Shown: positions 19,000 through 28,024 of the stretch, piece by piece | How positions within the stretch are numbered: position 1 is the stretch's first letter | Layout of the letters: every line of letters starts with the position of its first letter | From: Thermoplasmata archaeon | GTDB taxonomy: Archaea > Thermoplasmatota > Thermoplasmata > Lutacidiplasmatales > UBA184 | Direction: 5' to 3' | DNA length: 64,000 nucleotides | NCBI GenBank assembly: GCA_035501555.1 | Contig: DATJWA010000016.1 | Location: forward strand, 44,316 to 108,315 | Notes under the pieces: model-generated | What the model saw: only the letters and a program-made list of their open reading frames with translations | Told to the model about the DNA's origin: nothing | Database searches by the model: none | Program-made: the position numbers and the translations under genes

Positions 19000-20355
19000 A
19001 TGAGCGACCCCGACCGCCGACCGACAAGCGCTAGCCAGGACCCGACCAGTTTCGACTCCCTTCCCCTTAACGAACGACTCCGCGCGGGGATTCGCGAGAT
19101 GGGGTACGAGACCCCGACCGCGATCCAGCAGGGTGCGATCCCGGAGGCCGTCCTCGGACGGGACCTGATCGGAACGGCCCAGACGGGGACCGGGAAGACG
19201 GCGGCCTTCCTGCTTCCGATCCTCGAACGGCTGATGACCCGCCCCCGTGGACGGATCTATGCCCTCATACTCACTCCGACGCGCGAGCTCGCATTGCAGG
19301 CGGAGGGCTTCCTCCACCAGCTGGGCCGCCACACTGGCTTGCGGGGCACCGCGGTCTACGGCGGAGTTGGCATGGGACCGCAAGAGCGGGCGCTGCGCGG
19401 CGGGGCGGAGATCATCATCGCGACGCCCGGCCGCCTGCTCGACCACATGCAGCGGGGGTACGTCGACTTCCGTGCCGTTGAGATCCTTGTCCTCGACGAG
19501 GGCGACCGGATGCTCGACATGGGATTCCTCCCCGACGTCCGACGGATCATCTCCCGGCTGCCCCGGGCCCGACAGACGATGCTGTTCTCCGCCACCATGC
19601 CACCGGAGGTCGTCCAACTCTCTCGCGACTTCCTCCGAGAGCCCCGGATGGTCCACGTAGCGGCGGACACTGTCGCCGCGGTCGGGGTCTCCCACCTTGC
19701 GGTGCCTTCCCCCTCGGCGCAGAAGACCGCGATGCTCGTCCGGCTCCTCGAGGACGCGACCATGACGAGCATCCTCGTCTTCGTCCGCACCAAGCGACGG
19801 GCCGACCGCCTGCTGCGCGACCTCCGGCAGGCCGGGATCTCGGCGGGCGTCATCCACGGCAACAAGAGCCAGAACCAGCGGGTCCTCGCGCTGGAGGGAT
19901 TCCGAAGCGGCAGCCACCGGGTGCTCGTCGCGACCGACATCGCGGCGCGGGGGGTCGATGTCGAAGGGGTCTCCCACGTCATCAACTACGACGTCCCCCA
20001 TGAACCCGAGACGTACGTGCACCGGGTGGGGCGAACGGCGCGCGCCCAGCGGCGCGGGGACGCGATCACCCTGGTGGCTCCCGAGGAAGAACCGGACCTG
20101 AGCCGTGTGGAGCGCGTGCTCGGCGAGAGGATTCCCCGCGCACGGATGCCGGGGTGGGACTACGACGCTCCCCCGGCGCCCCCTCGGCACTCGCCACCCC
20201 CAGCCCGAGCGGGGCGCGACGGCCGCGGGTTTCGCCGTCGGGGCCGGGGGCGCGACCCGAGGCCCTATCGCCACGGGAACCGCTCCCGCGCCAATCCCCC
20301 GAGCGGGAAGGAAGAGCGACCGAGCTACCGTCGCTCCCAAGGGTCGCGATACTGA
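19000..20355 (+). CDS. DEAD-box ATP-dependent RNA helicase (RhlE/DeaD-like) with Arg-rich C-terminal tail
   Basis: Q motif (TPTAIQQGAIP), motif I AQTGTGKTAAF, motif II VLDEGDRM, SAT, and HRVGRTARA. The C-terminal ~90 aa are R/G/P-rich. Confidence 0.9.
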   Translation: MSDPDRRPTSASQDPTSFDSLPLNERLRAGIREMGYETPTAIQQGAIPEAVLGRDLIGTAQTGTGKTAAFLLPILERLMTRPRGRIYALILTPTRELALQAEGFLHQLGRHTGLRGTAVYGGVGMGPQERALRGGAEIIIATPGRLLDHMQRGYVDFRAVEILVLDEGDRMLDMGFLPDVRRIISRLPRARQTMLFSATMPPEVVQLSRDFLREPRMVHVAADTVAAVGVSHLAVPSPSAQKTAMLVRLLEDATMTSILVFVRTKRRADRLLRDLRQAGISAGVIHGNKSQNQRVLALEGFRSGSHRVLVATDIAARGVDVEGVSHVINYDVPHEPETYVHRVGRTARAQRRGDAITLVAPEEEPDLSRVERVLGERIPRARMPGWDYDAPPAPPRHSPPPARAGRDGRGFRRRGRGRDPRPYRHGNRSRANPPSGKEERPSYRRSQGSRY

Positions 20356-20496
20356 GGGTCTGCGCCCTTTGCGGGCCGAGGGGCCGACCACGGTCGCGCC
20401 TGGACGGCAAGAAGGATAGAGGAGTTCTCTCCTGGGAGGGATGCCCGCGAGGCAGCCCTGACGACCAACCTGCGCATCTGTCTCACCGTTCTGTCC

Positions 20497-21150
20497 GTGG
20501 GGTTCGCGGTCGAGGGGGCCTCCGAGCTGTACAGCTTTGCAACCCCCGGCGCGAACCACGCCGGCGTGAATTTCCTCTTCCTACTCCCGACCGCCCTCAC
20601 GGTCGTGGGCCTCCTCTTCGTCTGGGTCGGCCGCCACGAATGGACCGAACTCCATCGTCAGCGGACCCGGAGGGCGACCGCCATCTTCGAGCTGAGCCTG
20701 GTCGGCGGCTTCGTCGCGGTCGCGGAGGTCGCCCTCCTGGTCGCCTACCCGTCGGTGGGCACACCGGGGTGGGCGGAGGTCCTCTTCGGTGCCGCGGTGG
20801 CGTCGCTCCTCTTCGGCACTTTCGTGACCTATGCCTACCTCGTTTTCCACCTGGTCGCGACCCCGAGCAAGGCGGCGCTCGCGGCCGCCGTGGTCTGGGC
20901 GTTTGCCGTCTCGGTGGTGATCACGGTCGCGCTCGCGGCCGACCTCCCGACGGTCCTTGCGCTGGTCGACTCCCGGAGCTTCACCGTTCCTTCGTTTCTG
21001 GCTCCGGTGAGCTCCCTGATCTCCTACCTCTTCGTGTCGTACTTCCTCCTGCTAGCGGCCTACTTCGAGGCCCACGCCACCGTGGCCCGCGGACTGCCTC
21101 CGGGAGCCATTCGCGCCGTTCGGACGAGCTCTTCGGGCCCTCCGCCCTGA
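20497..21150 (+). CDS. Hypothetical polytopic membrane protein
   Basis: 217-aa ORF with about six hydrophobic helices. I recognise no family. The GTG start is uncertain. Confidence 0.5.
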   Translation: MGFAVEGASELYSFATPGANHAGVNFLFLLPTALTVVGLLFVWVGRHEWTELHRQRTRRATAIFELSLVGGFVAVAEVALLVAYPSVGTPGWAEVLFGAAVASLLFGTFVTYAYLVFHLVATPSKAALAAAVVWAFAVSVVITVALAADLPTVLALVDSRSFTVPSFLAPVSSLISYLFVSYFLLLAAYFEAHATVARGLPPGAIRAVRTSSSGPPP

Positions 21151-21190
21151 GCGCGGAACCCAATTGAACCCGAGTGCTCTCCCGCTTAGG

Positions 21191-21358
21191 ATGCCGTACG
21201 TAGAGTACGACGAGGTGGAGGCCGTCTGTGCGGACTGCGGCCGAGTCTTTCGGTCCGAGGAGGCGCTGGAGGCCCACCGCAAAGAGTCGCACGAGACGCT
21301 GACTCCTTCCCCGCCCCTCCCGCAGGCTTCGCCTTCGAGACGCAAGCGCTCGCCCTAG
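21191..21358 (+). CDS. Small C2H2-type zinc-finger protein (55 aa)
   Basis: CADCGRVFRSEEALEAHRKESH has the spacing C-x2-C-x12-H-x4-H. I prefer ATG 21191 (MPYVEY...) to the TTG at 21164. Confidence 0.5.
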   Translation: MPYVEYDEVEAVCADCGRVFRSEEALEAHRKESHETLTPSPPLPQASPSRRKRSP

Positions 21359-21456
21359 TGAGCGGGGCGCTCGGGACGAATCGACGTCCCCCGGGGGCGG
21401 GCGGGTGCGAAGCGGTCAGCTAAAGAGGGCGCGACGTCCGGCTCCGACTGTCGAAC

Positions 21457-22170
21457 ATGACCCGAACCTGCCCCGACTGCGGATCACCGGTGGACTACGC
21501 TTCCCGAACGGCGGTCGTGCTGGAGGGATCGTGCAGCGGCTGCGGCCACGTGATCACGGTGGTCCAGGGCGCTCCGGGCCACTCGGGCGTCGCGTCGGGC
21601 GGGGCGGTCCTCGCGGCGGGCGCTGAGGGAGGGCCTGCGGGAACCGTCGCGGAGTCGGGCTGGTCCGGGCCCCGACCCGCATGCACGAGTTGCGGCGCGC
21701 CGATCACGTTCCACCTCGCGGGGCCGGGGGTCCAAGGCGTCTGCTCCGGTTGCGGCCGCGCGTCGGGGTATCTGCCCGAAGGCACCCCCCCGCCGGAGTC
21801 TCGCCCGCGCCGGGAGCCCCGGTTCGAGGGACCCAGCGGAGGTCGAGAAGGATATCCAGCCACTCGAGCGCGACCGTGCCGGGAGTGCGGCGGACCGCTA
21901 CGCTTCTCGACTGGGGCGGACGGGACCATCTCCGCCGAGTGCGCCCAGTGCGGCAATCGCTTTTCGCTCCCTCCGCGAAGGGAGGCGGGCGGCGGTCGAG
22001 GCGGAGGCGGGCGACGGTTCGACCGCGGGCCCGGTCCACGGTTCGGTCGAGGAGGACCCCCGCGACGGTATGGGGGACCGTCCCGGGGCAACTACGGTGG
22101 CCGGGAGCATCGCGAGGGGCGAGAAGACGACGAAGAGGACCGGCCCCGGCGACGGCCCCGCCGCGAGTAG
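21457..22170 (+). CDS. Protein with three tandem zinc ribbons and an RGG/Arg-rich tail
   Basis: Three CxxC...CxxC units are visible: CPDCG...CSGCG, CTSCG...CSGCG and CRECG...CAQCG. They are followed by GGGRGGGGRRFDRGPGPRFGRGGPPRRYGG and an acidic/basic end. Confidence 0.6.
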   Translation: MTRTCPDCGSPVDYASRTAVVLEGSCSGCGHVITVVQGAPGHSGVASGGAVLAAGAEGGPAGTVAESGWSGPRPACTSCGAPITFHLAGPGVQGVCSGCGRASGYLPEGTPPPESRPRREPRFEGPSGGREGYPATRARPCRECGGPLRFSTGADGTISAECAQCGNRFSLPPRREAGGGRGGGGRRFDRGPGPRFGRGGPPRRYGGPSRGNYGGREHREGREDDEEDRPRRRPRRE

Positions 22171-22230
22171 GTCAACCCCCTCCTCGCACGTCGTTTCTAT
22201 AGATGGGCGGCCTCCCTCCGGGAGAGGACC

Positions 22231-22671
22231 GTGACCGAACCCGAGGTGGCCGCCGAGCTAGAGCAGGTGGAGCGGTACGAATTCCGTGCGACGTATCCGG
22301 GCCAGCCGTTCGAACCGTGGGTCGTGGACGAGGCGCCACCGGTGGGCGGGAACCATGGCCCCAGCCCGACCCGCATCCTCGCGACGGCAGTGGGGCACTG
22401 CATGAGCTCGACCCTGGTCAACACCCTCGAGCGGGCCCACGTCGAGTTCGCGCCCATTCGGACCACGGTCTCGGCCGAAGTGGGTCGCAACGAGAGGGGG
22501 CGGCTCCGGGTTCGGCGGCTCTCCGTTCAGATCGCCACGCGGCCGCTCCGGGAGGAGGACCGGCCCCGCTTTGAGCACTCGGTGGCGATCTTTGAGGACT
22601 TCTGCACGGTAAGCGGCGCGGTCCGGGAAGGGATCCCCATCCAGAGCCGGGTGGCGGCCTCGTTCGACTGA
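22231..22671 (+). CDS. OsmC/Ohr-family protein
   Basis: 146 aa with the typical OsmC layout (GPSPTRILATAVGHCMSSTL...FEDFCTVSGAVREG) and two conserved Cys. Confidence 0.8.
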   Translation: MTEPEVAAELEQVERYEFRATYPGQPFEPWVVDEAPPVGGNHGPSPTRILATAVGHCMSSTLVNTLERAHVEFAPIRTTVSAEVGRNERGRLRVRRLSVQIATRPLREEDRPRFEHSVAIFEDFCTVSGAVREGIPIQSRVAASFD

Positions 22672-23013
22672 GCCTCAAGCCACGACCGGCTCGGGTGGTA
22701 CCACTCGCCACCACCCTCTGGTCGGCCCGGGCGCCCTCGTTCGAAGGGGGATCTCGATAGCGCGCGTGCGCTCAGCCTCTTTCCAGGCGAGGTACTCGAG
22801 CTGCTCCTCCTCCGAGATATCGCACATCGTTCCCCCACCTGCCGGGTGGGAGTTAAACTTCCCGACGGCGCGCCGACACGATCGACAGCGAGACGATCAA
22901 GGTTCGACTAGTTCGTACCGTGGGGGCATTAAGTCCCGCGGCAACCCCCCTCAACTGTCCGTGACCGGGTCGAGGTGGCCTGACACCCGCCGCGAAGGAG
23001 AGGGGAGGCTCCC

Positions 23014-23697
23014 TTGATCCCGACCACCTACGCGATCGGTTCTTCGCTGCTCGTCCTGACCGCGATGCTCGCCGTCCTGTGCGTCCGGGGCCTGCGGCGG
23101 TACTACCAGTCCCGAGTCCGGACCCAACTGATGTGGGGCCTCGGCCTCGCGTTCGCGGCCGCCGCGATGGCGCTCGAGGCGGTGGTGTACGTCGGGGTGG
23201 TCTCGGTCCTCCTCCTCCAGGCCTACGTCTTCTTCTCGGCCGCGATCGTCGGGGTGCTGTCCCTCGGGGCGACGCGGGTCCTTCGGCGTCCTCGGGTCGA
23301 GCGAGTCTACACGTGGTACATCGCCGCCACCTGCGCGGTCGTGGCGGTCTTCAGCTTCGCCACGCCCCTCCCGATGAACATGGTGACGGGCGGCATCATC
23401 ACCGGAGACCCGCCCCTGCTGCTCATCGTCCTCTCTACGCTCGTCACAGGCCCCGCGACAATCGTTCTGCTCACCGCCTCGGCGGTCTCCCTGCGCCGCG
23501 ACCGGCGCTGGCAGACCCTCTTGATGATCGCGGGCGCACTCATCCTGGGGGCGGGCGGGACCCTGTACATCGCCTCCTTCCCGGTCGCCCTCTACTACGC
23601 GGAGTTCCTCGGGATCATCTGCCTGTTCCTCGGGCTGGTCAGCCTTCAGGGACTGTCGACCCCTGCCCCCTCGAGCGCGCACAGTTCCTCGACCTAA
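23014..23697 (+). CDS. Hypothetical polytopic membrane protein (about 7 helices)
   Basis: TTG start preceded by a ggagagggga purine tract. Hydrophobic throughout. I recognise no family. Confidence 0.55.
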   Translation: MIPTTYAIGSSLLVLTAMLAVLCVRGLRRYYQSRVRTQLMWGLGLAFAAAAMALEAVVYVGVVSVLLLQAYVFFSAAIVGVLSLGATRVLRRPRVERVYTWYIAATCAVVAVFSFATPLPMNMVTGGIITGDPPLLLIVLSTLVTGPATIVLLTASAVSLRRDRRWQTLLMIAGALILGAGGTLYIASFPVALYYAEFLGIICLFLGLVSLQGLSTPAPSSAHSSST

Positions 23698-23911
23698 ACC
23701 ATCGGGGCGCGGCTAGCTTCGTCCGACCGGAGCTCTCTGGTCGCCCTTTCTCACGGGACCCTCGGAAGGATGACTCGCCCCCGGGCGAGCGCCCAGCCTC
23801 TGCCACCAGGCAGACTCGCGAGGACCCCTGGCGACGAGGGCTGAGACGGGAGCCTGGGACCTCGGCAGGCGCGACCACCGCTTATCTGCCGGCGGCCCCT
23901 GCCGTCGTCCG

Positions 23912-24250
23912 ATGCCCGAGAGCAAGCCCCCGGCGACGTACGTCTCGGACCTCCGACCGTCGCGGGTGGCGACCGTCGAAGGGACGGTGGCCGAGCTCGG
24001 GCAGGTCCGCGAGATCGAGACCCGGGACGGCACGACCAAGAAGGTCCGGAACGGCAAGCTCAAGGATGCCACGGGCGAGATCTCGCTCGTCCTCTGGGGC
24101 TCGGAGGTCGGCCTCGCCGAGGCCGGCGACCGGATCCGGATCGTGGAAGGGTGGGTCTCCGACTTCCGGGGCCGACCCCAGATCTCGCTGGGCCGCACCG
24201 GCCGGCTCGAGAAGCTCACCCCGGGCGCTTCCCCGCCCTCCTCCGCTTGA
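23912..24250 (+). CDS. Single OB-fold ssDNA-binding protein (Sulfolobus SSB/RPA-like)
   Basis: VATVEGTVAELGQVREIETRDGTTKKVRNGKLKDATGEISLVLWGSEVGLAEAGDRIRIVEGWVSDFRGRPQISLG follows the pattern of the archaeal single-OB SSB (xTKxG...DxTGxIxLxLWG...G...L). Confidence 0.65.
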   Translation: MPESKPPATYVSDLRPSRVATVEGTVAELGQVREIETRDGTTKKVRNGKLKDATGEISLVLWGSEVGLAEAGDRIRIVEGWVSDFRGRPQISLGRTGRLEKLTPGASPPSSA

Positions 24251-24270
24251 CGGGCGTGGAGGGGTCCGAC

Positions 24271-24957
24271 CTACCCCGGCGCGATCCGCAGGGTATAGTC
24301 GACGAACGGGCCTTCCACATACTCGGCGACCTTCGGCTCCCCGAACTCCATCCCCAGGTCGTAGGCGAGCCTTAGGGCGGTCGCGGCCTGCTCGGGCGAG
24401 GGCGGCTCGACCAGCGCCGAGGTGACCGTCACCGGCGAAGTGTGGCGGTTCAGGCAGACGAGGACCGCCTCGAAGTTCGGGAACGCGAGCTGGAACAGGC
24501 GCAGCTGCAGCGCGGTGTCCGGCCGAGGGGGGATCGCCGCGTAGCTCTTCATCTCGAAGAATCGGCCCCGCCCGTCCCAGTAGTCCGGCTGGGCGTAGAC
24601 CCCCACCTCTCCGTTAATCCGGATCACCCGGGTCCGGGGACGCGCGAGGCCGAAGATTTCGCTCTGCCGGAACGCCTGAAGGACGGCCCGGAACTGGGCC
24701 AGGATCTTCTCCCGCTCGGCCGCGGGGACCTCCACCGCCGCCTCGGCGAGACCGTCGTCCAGGAGGCTGCCTGCCAGCTCCCGCATCGCGGTCGCCCCGG
24801 GCTTGCGGCCGAGACGGGCGAGGTGCCCGAAATGCGAGAGGGCCCCGTCGATCGCCCGGCCGACCGCCATTGCCACCTCGTCCTGCTCCGTCGGGGGCGG
24901 ACGCGGGAACGTCCGCTGGACGATGTCGTGGACCGCGAGAGTGCGCAGCGTGGTCAC
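24271..24957 (-). CDS. PD-(D/E)XK nuclease-superfamily protein (Cas4/RecB-like fold, no Cys cluster)
   Basis: GVYAQPDYWDGRGRFFEMKSY supplies the D...E-x-K core after an N-terminal helical region. The assignment is by motif only. Confidence 0.55.
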   Translation of the reverse strand: MTTLRTLAVHDIVQRTFPRPPPTEQDEVAMAVGRAIDGALSHFGHLARLGRKPGATAMRELAGSLLDDGLAEAAVEVPAAEREKILAQFRAVLQAFRQSEIFGLARPRTRVIRINGEVGVYAQPDYWDGRGRFFEMKSYAAIPPRPDTALQLRLFQLAFPNFEAVLVCLNRHTSPVTVTSALVEPPSPEQAATALRLAYDLGMEFGEPKVAEYVEGPFVDYTLRIAPG

Positions 24958-24982
24958 GATCCGTTCCCTCGGGTCGGCGGAC

Positions 24983-25528
24983 TCATGTCGGCGGAGCGTC
25001 CGAGGGAACCGCCTCGATGGCTCGCCACATCAACACGTCGTCCAGATACCGGTCGCCCCGCTTGAACGCGCGGGGCTGCCGCCCGTGAACTTCGAAGCCG
25101 TGCTTCCGGTACAGGCGGAGGGCACGCTCGTTGACCGCGACGACCTTGAGCTCGACGATCTCGAAGACGCCCCGGCATCTTCGGAGGGCGTCGCTCAGTA
25201 GTGCGTCCCCGATCCCCTTCCCCCGCCACTCGGGGTGGACCGCGATCCCCAGCTCGCCGAGGTGGCGATCCTCAATATGGTGGCCCCGGCGGAACACGGT
25301 GCACGTGCCCACCACCTTCCCTTCCTCTTCCGCCACACTGGCCACGATGTCCCCGGCGAGCACCTGCTTCATTACCTGTCCGAACAGCGCGGCCTCCTCC
25401 GGCACGCTGGGCCGCTTCTCCTGGAGGTAGACGCCGAGGTCAGGGTTCCTCCCGACCTCGTCGTAACGGGAGTAGTACAGGTCCACCCATCCGGAGAAAT
25501 CGCTCCAAGCCAACGGCCGCACCCGCAT
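24983..25528 (-). CDS. GNAT-family N-acetyltransferase
   Basis: Starts at ATG 25528 (MRVRPLAWSDF...). Carries the motif LGIAVHPEWRGKGIGDALLSDAL and NERALRLYRKHGFEVHG. The longer ORF start at 25750 adds an Arg/Pro-rich extension. Confidence 0.8.
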   Translation of the reverse strand: MRVRPLAWSDFSGWVDLYYSRYDEVGRNPDLGVYLQEKRPSVPEEAALFGQVMKQVLAGDIVASVAEEEGKVVGTCTVFRRGHHIEDRHLGELGIAVHPEWRGKGIGDALLSDALRRCRGVFEIVELKVVAVNERALRLYRKHGFEVHGRQPRAFKRGDRYLDDVLMWRAIEAVPSDAPPT

Positions 25529-25685
25529 GGGCCCACCCGAGGGTTCGGGGCTCTTCCCCTTTCCAGGCAGGGGCCGCCGTGCCTGCCCGCCCGGGAAGCC
25601 CGTAGCGGGGGCGCGGCGGCCGGCTGGCCACCACCTGTGGGCAGGGCGCGCGAGGGCCCGCGGGAACAGCAGAGGTCCCATTAAT

Positions 25686-26657
25686 TCAGTACAGTATTCC
25701 TGGCCGCGGGGATGGGGTCCGTATGTCCTCGCCCGAGGTCGTCCACACAAAAGGCCCAGGTACGCCTCGGCCCCTGCGGAAGTGCTCTCGGATGGCGTGG
25801 CGGAGCCGTTGTGCGCTGGGCGACTCTCCCGGCCGAACCCGCCGTCGAGAGAACTCCGAGACTAAGCGGTCCACGAGGGTCAGGCCGGCGCGGTCGGAGG
25901 GCAGGTAGTGGAGGTGGAACCTCGGATGCTGAGTGAGCCAGCGCGTCAGTTCCGGCGGGGCGGGTGCGAGACGACTGTCGAGGAGCAGATGGACGTCGAG
26001 CGGCGAGGGGGTCTCCCGCTCGATCACCTGGAGGAAGGCCCGGAACTCTTCGGCCTGGCCCCGGCGACGGAGTTCGTCCAGGGAGCGCAGCCCCGCGCGG
26101 CCCAGCCGGGGGGCCCCCGCCCGCTCGTCCGTGGAGAACGCGATGGCCCGCTCCGGTGGGTTCAGGTAAACCCCCACCATGTCGGTGACCTGGTCCAGGA
26201 AGCCCATCCCCCGCCCGCCCTCGGAGACCGGATGCCGCCGGGAGGGGGGCGCCCCTCTCGCCCTTACGATCCGCTGGACCGTGGACCTGCTCACCCCCGT
26301 CGCCTCGGCGAGACGCCGTACGGACCAGCGCCGGCCAGTCGGGTCCTCTCGGTCGAGGGCCTTGTGGATGACGAGTTCCACCTTCGAGTTTGGAACGGAC
26401 GGCGGCCGCCCCGACCGTGGGGCGTCACGCAGGACACCGGGCGTTCCGTGGAGGAGGAAGCGCCGTCGCCACCGTCCGACGGTCCCGGGGTCGGTGCCCA
26501 GTTCCGCTGCGATCTTTTGGTTAGGGACTCCCTCCGCCGCGCGCAGGACCACCCTCGCCCGCAGGCGCAGCCGGCCCGGGGCCGCGGAGTTCTCCGCGAG
26601 GGCCCGAAGCTCCCTCCATTCCTTCCGGTGGAGTCGGACGGAAGGGGCGACCCGCAC
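25686..26657 (-). CDS. IS630-family transposase
   Basis: N-terminal HTH region (GVPNQKIAAELGTDPGTVGRWRRRF...RRLAEATGVSRSTVQRIV) and a DDE-type C-terminal region (AFSTDE..., HLLLDS..., HPRFHLHYLPSDRAGLTLVDRLVSEF). The GTG start lies about 28 nt downstream of a TATA-like ctttatct inside the right terminal repeat. Confidence 0.8.
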   Translation of the reverse strand: MRVAPSVRLHRKEWRELRALAENSAAPGRLRLRARVVLRAAEGVPNQKIAAELGTDPGTVGRWRRRFLLHGTPGVLRDAPRSGRPPSVPNSKVELVIHKALDREDPTGRRWSVRRLAEATGVSRSTVQRIVRARGAPPSRRHPVSEGGRGMGFLDQVTDMVGVYLNPPERAIAFSTDERAGAPRLGRAGLRSLDELRRRGQAEEFRAFLQVIERETPSPLDVHLLLDSRLAPAPPELTRWLTQHPRFHLHYLPSDRAGLTLVDRLVSEFSRRRVRPGESPSAQRLRHAIREHFRRGRGVPGPFVWTTSGEDIRTPSPRPGILY

Positions 26658-26680
26658 GCCGCCACCGAGGGCCGCGGGGA

Positions 26681-26688
26681 AGATAAAG
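26681..26688 (-). promoter_or_regulatory. TATA-like element inside the right IS end, upstream of the transposase start
   Basis: The minus strand reads ctttatct. Its centre is about 28 nt from the GTG at 26657. Confidence 0.35.
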
Positions 26689-26947
26689 TAGTGGATTAAC
26701 GGGTCAGATGCCCCGCCTTATATGGGAGGCCGCGTCGCTCGGGACCGTGGGTGCCCAGGGAGAGCCGGGAGCGGTGCCATCGCCGCCCAGCCGGCGCAGC
26801 GAGAGCGTGAGGGAAGCGCGTTCCGCGACCGACTCCGTTCCCGAGAACCGCGCCGCCCGACGGGGGCCCCCCTCCGAGAGTCCGGAGGTCGAGCGGGACG
26901 TGCTGATCCTCTGAGTACGTCACGGGTCGAAGAGGCGGTGAGCTCCG

Positions 26948-27844
26948 GTGGACCTAAACTCCCTCTGGCTCTCGATCCTCGCGCTGGGCGCCGCGCTGAT
27001 CAACGGCGGGATCGGGTACGGATTTTCCTCGATCATCACCCCGGTCGCCATCCTCTGGTACTCGAACAAGGTCCTCAACCCCGCGTTGGTGATCGTGGAG
27101 GTCGTCGTCAATGTCGCGCTCTTGACGCGTGAACGTCGGTACATCCGCTCCACTTGGTCTCGGGCCCGCCCGGTGATCTCCACCCTCCTCCCCGGGGTCA
27201 TCCTGGGAACGGTGGGGCTGACCTACCTCGCCGTGAACGATGTCAAGCTGATCGTCTACGTAGTGCTCCTCCCGCTCGTCATCCTCCAGCTCCTGGGAAT
27301 CAGCCGCCCGTTGCGCAACGAGCAGCGGGGTGGGGCCGCGATCGGCTCCGGAATCGGGTTCCTCTACGCGCTCACGACCATCTCGGGACCCCCGCTCGCC
27401 CTGTTCCTCCGGAACCAGGGACTTTCGAAGAACGAGTTCCGCTGCACGATCGCCCAAATCCGGGTCGCCGAGTCGTCGCTGACCCTGAGCACGTACCTCG
27501 CCTTCGATGCATTCCTCTCCACCAAGTACGTGTCCCTCCCCGCACTGAACCTCTTGCCATACCTCTTCATACCCGTCCTGATCGGGGTGCCGATCGGGAC
27601 CCTCCTCCTCGTGAGGGTCTCTCCCGAGTTCTTCCGACGACTCGTTATGGGCGTGGACGGGCTGTTCGTCTCTTACGGGCTGTCGCGGGTCCTCGTGGCC
27701 CTCGACTGGCTCAAGTCGAACCTGTCCTACCTGCTCATGGCCGCGCTGTTCGTGGCGGTCGGTGCGCTCTCGTGGGTCGCTCTCCACAAGCTGCTCCCCC
27801 CCGCTCCGTCGGCGGCCGCACCAGCCCACGAAGGCCCCGACTAG
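26948..27844 (+). CDS. TauE/SafE (TSUP) family anion exporter
   Basis: 298-aa polytopic protein. The N-terminal LALGAALINGGIGYGFSSIITPVAIL and its internal repeat (AAIGSGIGFLYALTTISGPPLALFL) are typical of DUF81/TauE proteins. Confidence 0.75.
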   Translation: MDLNSLWLSILALGAALINGGIGYGFSSIITPVAILWYSNKVLNPALVIVEVVVNVALLTRERRYIRSTWSRARPVISTLLPGVILGTVGLTYLAVNDVKLIVYVVLLPLVILQLLGISRPLRNEQRGGAAIGSGIGFLYALTTISGPPLALFLRNQGLSKNEFRCTIAQIRVAESSLTLSTYLAFDAFLSTKYVSLPALNLLPYLFIPVLIGVPIGTLLLVRVSPEFFRRLVMGVDGLFVSYGLSRVLVALDWLKSNLSYLLMAALFVAVGALSWVALHKLLPPAPSAAAPAHEGPD

Positions 27845-28024
27845 TTGTCGGCCCGTCGCGGGCCCCCCGCCGCTTCTGCGCTGGGCCTGTCGCACCGGAC
27901 CTACGCCCGATGAGACGGCCTCCGCGCGGCAAGCATCCGGGAAGCGGGTCCTAGCTCGGGGTCCGATCCCCCCTCCGAACTCCTCTCGAAACTCCCATTA
28001 AGGGCACGGACCCTCACCGCGAGC

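Larger units (their letters stand above)
25684..26696 (-). mobile_element. IS630/Tc1-mariner-like insertion sequence (~1.0 kb) flanked by TA dinucleotides
   Basis: Imperfect terminal inverted repeats: attcagtac at 25684-25692 against the reverse complement of gtagtggat at 26688-26696 (7/9, with further similarity inward). TA sits immediately outside both ends (25682-25683 and 26697-26698). A single transposase ORF fills the element, and its stop codon lies in the left repeat. Confidence 0.6.

Noticed and set aside
22675-22827. 50-codon minus-strand ORF (MCDISEEEQLEYLAWKEAERTRAIEIPLRTRAPGPTRGWWRVVPPEPVVA) with an upstream purine tract and gtttaact.
   Set aside because: Possibly real. It has no recognisable motif, the second half is low-complexity, and I have no conservation information, so I did not call it as a feature.
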